A DNA stretch of 64,000 bases from positions 6,422,270-6,486,269 of the forward strand of contig MU054212.1 of NCBI GenBank assembly GCA_013239625.1, given 5' to 3'. Of the stretch, positions 39,327 through 51,170 are shown piece by piece; position 1 is the stretch's first letter, and every line of letters starts with the position of its first letter. Source of the stretch: Lama guanicoe. Its lineage: Eukaryota. The notes below the pieces were generated by a model. The model did no database searches. It was given only the letters and a program-made list of their open reading frames with translations, and had not been told where the DNA came from. Position numbers and translations under genes: made by a program.

Positions 39327-40289
39327 GCTTTTTATAGTAGCTTAAGGATAGAGCCTACACTCTTATTTTTTGCTTTATTTTATGTTTAGCAAAGATTCAA
39401 GAAAGCAATGAAAGGCATCTGCAATGAAGACACTAAAGTTATTGTCATTAAGTGTATTGATATAGCCATTAAGTACCTTTGTCTATAAAGACAGTGTAAA
39501 ATAACTTTAATTCTCAACACCAACAATTTATGACCGTTTCAAGAAGTGTGAAAGTTTCATTTGGCCTATTTGCAAAGAATTGTTTAGTAGTAGGTTTTTG
39601 TCATATTTTCGATGACTCACATCCAGTTGGATTGAAACTCCACATCTGTCTCAGAAGAAATACCTGTTTCACGTGAACTATGAGGAAAGAGGACCTTCTA
39701 CCTTCCTCACTTGTCTGCGAGGCTGAGTTGGACATGGGTTGGGCCTGGGAACTGAAGGCGGTGGGGCAGGTGTCGGGCAGAGAGCAGACTGGGTGGGAAG
39801 CAGTATCAGTGGCAATGACCCCAGGGGATTTGCTTGCATCCTGCCTTGAGTAGGGTGGATTAAAAGAGGAAAAAAAGGAGTTCATTATCCATGAGATGGT
39901 GCTTTGGTAGTTGAAGTGAAAGATACCTCCGGTGATCATCTACTCATCATAATCTGAAGTCCCTTTCTTCCTAAAGTAGTTTTGGGGCCTTCTGGTCTAC
40001 CTCTTTTTTGGTACCTACAGAGCTAGGTGTTCTGCCTAGGCCTCCCTCAAAAGGCTTGTGGCAATGATTTGAATAAGGAGGCAAAATATTTCCGGAAAGT
40101 TCTTGAGAAACTTGAAGAGGATTTGAGGCTTTTCAGATGTACAAGTTGGGGTGAAATATTTTAATATTTGTGTAACTCCATGGATACATAAGCTGGTAAA
40201 CCTGGGACCTTTGTGTTACGACTGTGGAGAGGAGAGAAGAAAGATAGGAGAGTAAAAAGAAACAAAAGGTTAAGTAATTTAACTGATGT

Positions 40290-41800
40290 TTTACTTTCAA
40301 AATTTCATCATGAACTATTTCAAACACATAGAAATGGATGGAGAACAATAAAACGACTCCCCATCTACCACAACCCAGCTTAAGCAAGTATTAACTTTCT
40401 GCTTTATTCACTTCAGATGTGTTTAGAGAAAAACGTTGCAGATGCAGAAAAAGCCTCCCTCCCTGGCCCCATTCCCAATCCCATTTCCCTTGTTCCCTCT
40501 TTCCCTTGTGATGACCTTTACCTTGATTTTGGTTTCTGTTGTCGCCATGAACATTTCCATATTTTTACTACACGTGTGTGCCTGTAAAGTAGAATATAGC
40601 CCTGCTTCGCGTGATTTTGACATTTGCATAAATGATGCATGTACACATATTCTGCAAGTTGCTTTGTTTGGCCAAACATATTTTTAAGATTTATCCATGC
40701 TGGTCTTTAATCTCTAATCTTCTTTCTAACTATTATACATCCGGTACATTTCATTGCATGAATAGTCCATAAGTCTCCATTGATACACATTTTAGGTTGT
40801 TTTGAATTCTTCATAATCTCCCTAGAGAGTTAGGAATTTGTTAGCTGCTGTTGTTGTTTTGAGAGAACCAGGGTTTTTTGGCTGGGTTGATTTACTTTTT
40901 CTTAATTTTCTATTTTATGAATTTGTAATTTGCTTTACCTTTCACTCCCTTCAGGCTTACTCTGTTCTTTTTCTAACCTCTCAAGTTGATTTCTTAACTC
41001 TTGTTTAACTCTTCTTAACTTCTTGTTTTCAATCTTTCATTTTTTTAAAATAAATTTATCTAGAGGCTCTGAATTCCCCTCTAAGATCCACTTTGACTTT
41101 ACCCCACACGTTTTGATACATAGCACTTTGTTACCATTTGGGTCTAAGTATTTTGTAGATTCTATTGTGAATTCCTCTTTAACTGATGACTTATTAGGAA
41201 TGTATTTAAAACTTTATAAACACTTGGAGCTTTTTATTTTTTTTCCAATTATTGCTTTCTAACTTTGTGTGAGGAAATGTGTTTAGTAGATAGTTCTTCA
41301 CAATTTATTGAACTTCTATTATGACTCATTTATGATCAATTTATGTAAATATTTCATGTGTACTGGAAAATACACATGCGAATGTATATATGTATTCTGT
41401 GTGTTCAGTGCAGAGTGTTATACCCATCCATTTGTGCTAATTTATTAATTTTACTGTTGAAACGTTCTCTGTCCTGTTTGATATGTCTGTTTCTGATAGA
41501 GATTTGTTAAAATTGCCTCCTATGATAGTGAATTTGTCAATTTCTACTTGCCACTGCATTGGTTTTGTTGTTTTGTTTTGTTGTCAGGCTCATAAAGGTT
41601 TATGCTTGCCATATCTTTTTGGTGGCTGGTTCCTTTTTACTACTATGTTGTCATCTTTATCTCTATTTGCCTTACTCTCTATTTTCTCTGATACTCATAC
41701 CCTACAACAGCTTCCTTTTGGGTGCTATTTGCCTAATATATCTTCTACTATTTTATTTATCTGTTTCTGTGCCATTGGTTTTAGGGATGTCTCTTAAAAC
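40290..41800 (-). mobile_element. Old L1 relics
   Basis: T-rich reversed L1 motifs (AGATTTATCCATGCTG, TGATCAATTTATGTAAATATTTCATGTGTACTGGAAAA, TATGATAGTGAATTTGTCAATTTCT). Confidence 0.65.
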
Positions 41801-43744
41801 AATGGATTTGCAAAAAAAAATCTGATCTGAGAAACAGGAGAGCTGTCTTATGGTGGAAGAATGTCTGGTCTACTTAAGCCACTCTAGTTTGTTTATTGCC
41901 TTAATCTCCTGTGTCTCTTTGGTATAAAATTCCTCTGTGAGAAATGCAAGATGCCTGTGTTCAACAGTTCCAAGGAAACAGAGACGTAAGTTTACACAGT
42001 AGCATGTCAGGATGCCCAAAGCAGGCAATAAATCCCATACTTAATTTGGTTTTCTTGTGTGCCTGCAGAAACTAGGACAGAAATGATTCTGTAGGTAGTC
42101 TAAAACAACAATTTAATCAATTCTACTTTGCTTTCTATTATCTTCCGTCTAAGTTTTCATAGATGATAAATCTTTGGGAGGAATTTTGCCATCATCTCTG
42201 CAGAGAGATGATTTCATACCCTCAACAAGATGTAAACTCTTTGAAGGCAGATGCACCTTGTGCAGGTTTGTATATTTAGTGCATACAGTTGAAGCTCAGA
42301 AGTTGACCTGGACTGAAATCTTAACTTTGTGGAGGGTGAAAGGAAAAAAACAATAATAGAAATTTACAAAGCATATTTTTCCTTTGTGGTGTAACTTATT
42401 GTGAAAAAATGGCAACAGTGCTAGAATTTCTACTGTACCTTATTACCGATCTGAATTACGGGCCTCAATGATCATTTTTACAAGTATGTCTAAGTATGAT
42501 AAAGTATTATGAACACTTTTCAAAAAAATAAATGACAGGCAATTTCAGAATAAAGATGCAAAGTATCTGTTATCAATTACTATACTGTGAGTTCCTTGAA
42601 GGAAAAACAATGTCTTCTCATTTTTATAACCCCAGCAGGTTGTAATGGCACCTGGCACACAGCAGGCTTTCAGTGAATGTTTGAATGAATAGATGGATGG
42701 ATGTCATGCAGATCAATATTACATAACCTTGCCTACACTCAAAACTTTGCAAATTCAATATTGTTTCTTTCCCTACATTCAAATATAGCTTGAAATTCTT
42801 CCATTTCCACAGAAGATTTCTGACATCCTGAAGAAACAATGAACCATTCCTTTCTTTGTGTCCCCATTTCATTCATTCTGTTAAGATAGCACTTTTAGCG
42901 TCACGTTGCAGGTAGCTGCTTACACATCTGTCCCCATTCCAGCTGATGGAGGATTATTTCTCACTCACTTTTTAACTCTGCTTTGCAGTTACTGCATACC
43001 ATATAATTGAATGCTTAGCAAGCCTTTCTTGAATTGGATTTTAAAAGAGTAAAAATTAAGTGCCAATACTTGTTGAAAACCTACTATGTTTTAGACCATT
43101 CCAAGGAAATTTAAAGACGTTTTCCTTTCGGTTTTCATAATAATCCTACAAGGTATGTCTTATTAATCCATATTAATGTGTGAGAAAACTAAGGGCAGAG
43201 AGGTTAAGCCCATCATCCTAGGCCAGGGGTTCAGTAAGTAAAGCATTTGGAACTAACCCCCAGTTTACCCCCCAGAACCAACGTGAGCACATAATGAAGT
43301 CTACACATGTCTTACTTCACTCACCCACAGCCTCTGAAAACACATCATGTTGAAATTAGAATATGACTTATTCGCTACTGGAGTCTTTTTTTTTTAGGGT
43401 CATACTGTTTACTTCAGAATGTACACCATTGTTTTTACTTGAGGCATGTCCACCTCCCAGAATGAGTACTCCTCTTAGTGTCCAAACACCTAAAAAACAG
43501 GGATTATGCCTGATTATACTGAATGACCCCCCCCAACCCCATCCGTTGTCCAGAGTGTTCCTTGATGTTGATGCTTGGGCTACAAATCTCCCTATTAATG
43601 CTCATGATCTATGAGAGAGTTGACGGCAAATTCAAGGCTGATGGTGAACATTCATGTACGTGATGAGGACGATGAAGAATTTTCTTCACATATGTTGTCT
43701 TTGTGGCCTGATATGCCTGCACTTGAATCTTTCCTCTAATTCCT

Positions 43745-43870
43745 TACGAGCTGAGTGACCTTGGGCAGGTTACTCAATTTTCCCAGGCCACCGTTTCCTC
43801 AGCTGCAAAACAAGGGTGAAGATACCTACACTAGTGGTTAAATAAGATAGTGCCCACCTGCTAGATGGTT
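43745..43870 (+). mobile_element. MIR fragment
   Basis: AGCTGAGTGACCTTGGGCAGGTTACTCAA...GTTTCCTCAGCTGCAAAA. Confidence 0.75.
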
Positions 43871-46189
43871 ATTATTTTTATAGCTGCTATTGTTATTATT
43901 ACTCCTTTACCTTTTCTATTATTATTAGAAAAGCACATTATCCAAAGACAATAAATTAGATTTGTCTATGTGGGTTAAAATATCCTAGCTCATACCTGTT
44001 TGTTTAATACCACCTCAGTTCTACTCCCAAACCAATACTGAGACAAATGGGTAGAGACGTTCCCCAGGCAGAGGCTAATGCCCCAGACAGAGATTAGAGA
44101 GAACACAAATGTCATTTCCTTCTATTCCTGTGCAGCAGTTTATAGGAGCATTAAAGCAGGACGTGACATAAATTTCGTAATGATAGTGTCCATTAAATAT
44201 ACATACAGTCGCACCCCAGCTAGAGTTACAGCAACATTAATTATGAGCGTACCTGTCAGTCACCATTACAAACAAACACTGAAGTTCTGTGGTGATCTAT
44301 TAGAGGTTTTCTGTATCCTTCCCCCTCCACTTCATCTGATCCTTTTAGGCTCTTATGAGCAAACTGTTGATCATGACTAAAAGCAGCAAAGTGCTTTCTT
44401 TCTCAGTGCTTGGCAGTTTCTCTGGAAGTGAGCAGACAATAATGTAGCCCTTAATACAGACTCAGACCAAATTTAGTGAGTGGGGGAAAGAGCATGATAT
44501 AAAGTTAAGAAAACATGGCCTTTCAAGGAGACTAATGAAGACAAATATTGTCAAGGTAAGTCACATGCCTGGGAATGTTTTTCTTTGCAGATTACTTCTG
44601 AACCTTTTGGTCCTGTAGAAAAAAGTACTGGGGAAAAAAATGACATGAGCTAGTGGCTTAAATGACAGGAAAAGAAATTCGTAGGCTATACATACCAGGT
44701 ATCAGCTTGCAAGATGGTAGAAAAATTCATCCAAATCTTGGGATTAAAATAAGTAAATTCTGCATTAGCCTCCTCACTGTTCATCGTAGAAGAGAGATCC
44801 CTTTAGTAGAAAGGAGTCCTGTCTCTTGTGGGTACCCCATCAGACAGGGACTGCTTGGGCAGTGTTCTTGCCTTTTCTCTTGATAACCATCCCCTTTGAC
44901 ATCATAGTCACCACTGAAGTTTGGAGTGAGCTGTAAAGAGACACGTTAGTTCTCTCCCTGCATCAGCCTGATCAGCCAGTCATGTTCCCCCTGCCACCTA
45001 GTAAAATGCTCTTTCTAGCAATAATTTAACTTTGTAGTTTAGAATTATATATTAGGAACACAAAAGAAATATCACACCAATGTTCATATTTTTGAAGTAA
45101 ACATTATATAGCTGATTTTTTATAAATAATATATATTTGGAAAAGAAAAATTATAGTAAGTTCTCAATTGAAGGATTTATTATTAAAAATACTTGCAAGT
45201 TGCTTGCTTAGCACTTACATTTTCATGTAGAGACATGTGATTAAAGCCTTTGGCTCCTTATATATCTAAGCGACATATAACCTGCTTATTCTGGGCTTGC
45301 CACATTTTGGGTACAGATTATGGTACATCCAGTCTGACAACTCCTATGTCATGTTCTTCATTAGCCCGCTTAGACAGAATATTCAGCGTACTAAAGACGC
45401 TTCCCAAAAAATTATTTCTGGGATTCCTCAACACATACTTTAAATGTGTCCGGGAAGTATTGCTCTTGCTATTCTGTTGATGGGATATCATGGGAAAAAT
45501 CACAGAAGTATGCTGGCTTACTTTGTTTACTTGGATTTTTGGTGTGAGGAAAAGGAAATACAGAAGTAAAATCAAAGAGGTGAAGTAAAAACCCTATAGT
45601 CTTGATTTTGAGAGGACTTATCAATAGGAACTTTAAAAAAATACATGTTTATTCGTTTTTTTAACTCTGTCTTCTTTAAAGGCTGAGAAACTGTAGTAAT
45701 CACAGCAGCAGTCAGCACCCTTAGTGCTCAGATTGTGGTCTTAGAGCACAACTTCCCACAGGAAAGAATTGTATCTTAAAAAAACAAGTGATTACATGTC
45801 ATAGGGGCAAGAATTTTACGATATGGACCTGGAACATCTTGTCATACCAGAAAGCAAGGAAATAATCCAAGACTAACAGGAAGGTTTCAGTAGGACTCAG
45901 GAGCCAACCAGATAGGTTCTCCCTGGCCAGTCTGAAATCAGTATCTGAACTGGATTGACATACATCAAGTAAATCATCATGAACAAACTCATTGGTCTCC
46001 ATTAGAAGGTACCAATCTAATATTCTTAAAATTGGTAAATAAAGAGGAAAAAAAATCAAGCATTATGCTGTCTATTTTTTATGCAAACTGCATCTTAAGA
46101 GTAACCAAATAGCTGAGGAAGTAAAATGTCCCTTAATGGAAATATTCCAATTAGCCAATGAACAAGGGCTTATAATGTCGCTGCTACTC

Positions 46190-46410
46190 TCAAGCAGCCC
46201 TCTGCATGACCCTGAGTCCCAGGAGCTCCTCTCTCCCCTCTTCCTTTTGGGCCCAGAGCTTACATTTAGTTTCTGGCAAAGTTCTGTTTTCCCTTGTGGT
46301 TTTCCTCCATCTTCCCCTCACCTTTGTGTATTGTTCCTTTATTAAATTTCTCCTAGAATTATCCTAATTAGTGTATGCCACCTGTTTCCTGCCTGGACTT
46401 TGACTATAAC
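46190..46410 (+). repeat. 3' half of an LTR33-like ERV-L LTR (5' LTR of the provirus relic)
   Basis: CCTTTATTAAATTTCTCC...TGCCACCTGTTTCCTGCCTGGACTTTGACT; homologous to the end of the LTR at 53498-53993. Confidence 0.7.
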
Positions 46411-49400
46411 TTTATTACATAATTGACCCAAGAAACCGGACCCTCAAAATAGGATTCTGGGAGTGGTTTCTTAAAAATTTGAGGAGTGGAGGACCAAAAA
46501 CTTTTCCAGGGAGAAATGGAATATGGATAATCAGTAGGATGTGGTGTCTTGATGGTTTTCCAATAATTACAATTGTGGTAGTGGCAGAGGGTGAAGACTA
46601 GTGGAAGATAAGGGCTGCAGGACAGTAAATGGCCGTGGCACACAGTTGCTATAGCAACAATCTGAAGTATAAAGATTGTGGAGTCACTTGGCTTCTTCTG
46701 GCCCTCGAGAGCATATGTAGGGGAAAAGGGAAGTTAAAAGCTTTGGAAATTCAATAGAGTATACGTGTGGAGAAACAGAAATCCCCCCATGGCATCCTTA
46801 GAGCAGCCTCTTTCTTATAGTTATATGACAGACACTGTTGAGGACCAAGCCCAGGGTACAGTTATAATAAGGGAACTGCTGGGTAAGAAACAAAACTTTG
46901 AAACAAAGAGTAGGGACCTATTAGCATCATGGCAGGTCTGGAAACTTTGGTCCTTAAGATTACCTGGAAACTCACAAATTGATGCCAATTCTTCTCATTC
47001 CTTCTAAGCCCATAATGAGAGCTAGATTCTAAAATAACATGGAAGGAGAGGCAAAATGCCTCTTCACTGGAAGACACACAAAAACTTTCTAATCAACAGA
47101 CGCTTAAGGAACATATACAGAAATGTTGGACCAAGAGAGAAAGATTTATTTACCCAGGATTTTTTTCCCTTAACGTGTCCTGAGCACCCAGAGGTGGCAT
47201 AATCATTGTCTAGGTTGGTTTATTAAAGTTTGTGCTGAACCATACCCTATAGATAACAAAGTCAAAATGTCAGAGCCTCTCTGGAATACTGTTGAGGAAG
47301 GAGTGAGTCTGAAGGCTCATGGACCTGGGAATGTTGACATGGATCAGCTGCTCCCTAGCCACGTCCCTGGGGTGAACCCTTCACTGGGTCACTGTGAAAT
47401 GCATTTTTGAGGAGGATCACTATCTCTGAATTGCTCTGTGGAGGCCGTTCTCCCAGGCCAGAGGAGATAGTGGGGGGTTACACAAACTGAGTTCTCTGGT
47501 ATCACTAGGAATAATGGGACTCTGGGTTAGGAGAGGCCAGATGGTCGAGCTTAACCATCAGAGATAAGGTAGGCACAATTATCAGAAATAAAATAAAGGG
47601 ACAGAATAATACTTAGAGTGTTTTGAACTGTAGGGACTAGTTACAATGACTAATAGATCAGGGAGTGTCCCTAGAAATGAAATAAATAGGCAAATGCTGC
47701 TTGACATACTCAGGCAGAAAATCCCAAGGCTGCGAGTCAGAAATCTGCTCTGAGTCACTGTTGTACGTCTTGACAAACAGCTACCAATTTCCTATACCTA
47801 AGCTAGTTCATACGCCCGGAACTCATTATCTGAGAGGGACCCAGTTTATGAGAAGACGCTTGCTATGTGGGCACACATATATATATATCATGAATCTTCT
47901 CCTGAGACTTACTCAGAGGGACCTGTGGCCATGATGACAGAATTTACACTCAGATTTTATGGTAGGGAAGAGATGAGATCTTCAGACAAGAAATAGGAAT
48001 ATTTGGGCAGACACGAGTGAGCCTGAGAAATTTGAACTTAATCACTAATCACTGGAGACCCAAAATGCAGCCATGATCCTCCAGTGAGATGGAAATTAAT
48101 GGAATTTAAGTGATAGATGGAGTTTTGGCTCAAATTTGTTTAATAGTGTGTCCAGTGGTACTGTAGACCTATCCTGTGGTTCCCCTCTCATCTTAGAATA
48201 TATAGCTGAAGTATATATACTTAATAAATGGCAGGAGCTCCATGTTGATTCCCTGACCCATGGAGTGAGGGCTTTTATGTTAGGAATAGAGGAAGACCTG
48301 GAACTGACCTTTCAAGCTAGTAAACTTAAAGCAATATTGGCTTTTGAGAAAATTCCAGATATTAGTGCTATCATTAATAGACATGAAAGATGCAGAGGTT
48401 GTGATTCCTACTGCATATCATATATGTCACCTGTTAGCTGGGGCAAAAGCTAGAAGGCTATGGAGAATGACAGCAAATTATTATAAACTCAATCACATGG
48501 TGGTACCTAGCATCGCTGTGGTCCCAGGTATGGTATCTTTCCTGAAGCAAATCAACAGATCCTCTGGCACTGGTATGAAAATACCTTCTTTACTGTTTTC
48601 TTCAGTGCATGAAATTAGAAACAGCTTGCACTTACATAGCAGGGACAACAGTATACCATTTCAGCCTTGCCCCAGAGGGTCACAAGTTGAGATCTCCAGG
48701 AAGCACACTCCGAGTAGTAGTTTGGTGTTCAGAATGTTTTTTAGGGATCAACACCTATGGAAGGGATAAGACATATACTTGCCAAAGAGTGAGAGAAAAA
48801 CGCTGTGAAAATTCAAGACCCCGTAGTATCAGTGACATTTACAGAGGGCCAGTGGTCTGAGCATGTTGGGACATCCCTTCTGAAGTGAGAGAGAAGCTAT
48901 TGTACCTTTTATCACTTGTCTTTTGTGGTCCTCTTTGGGTTTTTTAAGGCAGCATATTACCACAATTAGGCACACTGTACCAACCCATTCACTAGGCAGC
49001 TCCGTAAGCTGGCAGTGTTTAGTGGGACCTGAAATAGGAAATTGCTCCGAAATAGTGCAGGCTGCCGTTCCGGCACTCCCGCTCCAGGTAGCCTGTGACC
49101 AAGCAAACCCAATGGTCTTCTCTTTCAGTCAGTGGGAGATGGAGATGCTGTACAACGTCTGGCAAGCCCCAGTAGGAAGATGACAACAGACACCTTAGAG
49201 TTTTCGAATAAGACTATGTTCTAGTCTGCCAACAACTATTCATTAGAAAGGAAGATCCTAATTGCCTGCTGGTCTTGGAACAGATTGAATTCTTGACCAC
49301 AGGATATCCAAATTGCCAAACTTGTACTTTCTGATTCACCGAACCATAAAATTGATGTGCACAGTGCATTCCGTTATAAAATGGAGGTAGTATATATCAG

Positions 49401-50395
49401 GGGTCAGCAAATTTATCTATAAAGGGCCAGATAGTAAATATTTTAGGCTTTGTAAGCCATATGGTTTCCGTTGCAACCATTCAGCTCAGCTGCAGTAGCT
49501 CAAAAGTGGCCCTAAGCAATATGTAAGGGAATGAGTATGGCTGTGTTCCAATTCAACTCTATTTCTTGACGCTGAAATTTGAATTTTGCATCATTTTATG
49601 TCTCATGATACATTGTTTTGAATTTGATTTTTCCCAACCTTTCAAAAATGTAGAAAACGTTCTTAGCCTGCAAAGAATGCAAGCTACAAAACAAGCAGGG
49701 GGCTGGATCTGGCCCCCGGGCTGTGGTTTGCCAGCCCCTGGTTTATATGTAACCAGACCGAAGGAGTCCAGAAAGCACAACAAAGTGCTGGAGCAGACAG
49801 TGGCTCAGGCTCCCGTGATGCCTGGTCCTCCTGCTTTTCCTTCTCTCCTTCAATTCTCTCTATGATGAGTTAACAGAAGAGAAAAGATGTGGGCTCAGTT
49901 TGTGGGCGGACCCGCAGGGTATGCTGGCCTCAGGAAGACGTGGGTGGCTGCTGTTCCGCAACCTCACTAGCCCTGTGCTCAACTTTGAGCTGTGCGTGTG
50001 GATGCCCACTTTGCATGGGAGGAGAGAGGGCCTGAGAAGTAGTTCTGCCTTCACTTAAGAGCAGTTTTTACACTCAGGAACTTGGAAAGATCCCTCCTGG
50101 AATATGATCTCAATGTGAAAGTGAGGAGAGGTATGTGGTTGACTTCTTGGAATGGATGGAGTATGAAGATATTTGTGTCCCGTGTAAATGCCCATCAGAG
50201 GCCATTTGTTGTGGAAGAGGCTCTCAATAATCAGATGAACAAGATGACTTATTCTGTCGATGTCAGCTAGTATCTTTCTCCAGACACCCCAGTGCACGCT
50301 TCATAGGTTGGGGTGACAGGAATGTGGCTGCTCTCAGGCTCACCAACTTTGTCTAGCCCTTGTTGAGGCTGAGCTGATGACTGCCACAGCAGATC
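46411..50395 (+). pseudogene. Decayed ERV-L (class III) internal region: gag/pro/RT/RNase H/start of integrase, heavily frameshifted
   Basis: ORF fragments resemble ERV-L Pol: ILNKWQELHVDSLTHGVRAFM; DMKDAEVVIPT...WRMTANYYKLNHMVVP...VSFLKQINRSSGT (RT); LGFLRQHI; KIFVSRVNAHQR...EEALNNQMNKMTYSVD (RNase H). Confidence 0.88.
49398..49740. mobile_element. Full-length MER58B-like hAT transposon nested in ERV-L pol
   Basis: Terminal inverted repeats CAGGGGTCAGCAAA / TTTGCCAGCCCCTG. 8-bp TSD GTATATAT (49390-49397) / GTTTATAT (49741-49748). Confidence 0.9.
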
Positions 50396-50650
50396 ATCTG
50401 AGTTGCAAACACATTCTTCTCTGCCAGTATTATATAGTAGCAACCCTATATCCTTATAATGATTCGGGTCAGTTATCCTTCCCGGTGTGTTAACCACTTT
50501 TGTGCCTACTGGACTTCTGGCACAAAGCTTCCCAAAGTGACCAGGTGCCAGCAGTAGCTTTAAATTTAATGAGGCTCTTAACATATGCCCTAGTGAAACA
50601 CATCCCCTTTGAGAACCAGAACCTCTAGACACGCAGAGTCCTGGGTGTCT
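50390..50650 (-). pseudogene. ERV-L dUTPase remnant, inverted
   Basis: SLNLKLLLAPGHFG...GRITDPNHYKDIGLLLYNTGREE resembles ERV-L dUTPase (PLNWKLRLPPGHFG...GVIDPDYQDEISLLLHNGGKEE, recalled). Confidence 0.75.
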
Positions 50651-50664
50651 CAGCTCAAGCACAG

Positions 50665-50887
50665 AGAGCGAGTTTGCCCTTTCTTTGCCTTTTTATTCTA
50701 TTCAAGCCCTCAACAGATTAGCTCATGCCCACCAGCAATGGGACAGCCATCAGCTTTACTTAGTTCATCAATTTAAATACCAATATCTAACAGAAACAAC
50801 GGCGCAGACACACCCAGAAATAAAGTTCTACCAGCTTTCTGGACATCCCTTAGCCCGGTGAGCTTGACACATAGTTAACCACCATAC
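50665..50887 (-). mobile_element. MLT2 (ERV-L LTR) 5' fragment
   Basis: Reverse complement begins GGTGGTTAACTATGTGTCAAGCT..GGGCTAAGGGATGTCCAGAAAGCTGGTAGAAC..ATTTCTGGGTGTGTCTG, the MLT2 start. Confidence 0.8.
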
Positions 50888-50889
50888 CA

Positions 50890-51170
50890 GGCCATTCTTG
50901 CTCATTAACATGATATCAACAATATAATGGACCAATGTGACATTCTCTGGAATGTTCAGATGGTCCAGGTCCACTTGGATCCTATCATGATAAAGCAGGA
51001 GAGCTGTGGGACAGGACCGTGAATACCATCTGTTGTCCAGCCCAGTTCAATTTGAACTGATTCTCCTTTTTGATGGATATTAAAAGGAATGCATTCAGCA
51101 GTATATTCAATATCAAGAGACACAACTGGAATTTCCCCTTGGTTAAGTGTGTGGTAGTCCACTATACATT
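50890..51170 (-). pseudogene. Second ERV-L RT fragment, inverted, including the YxDD-equivalent
   Basis: Minus strand reads VDYHTLNQ ... LLNAFLLISIKKENQFKLNWAGQQMVFTVL ... DLDHLNIPENVTLVHYIVDIML across frameshifts. Confidence 0.8.
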
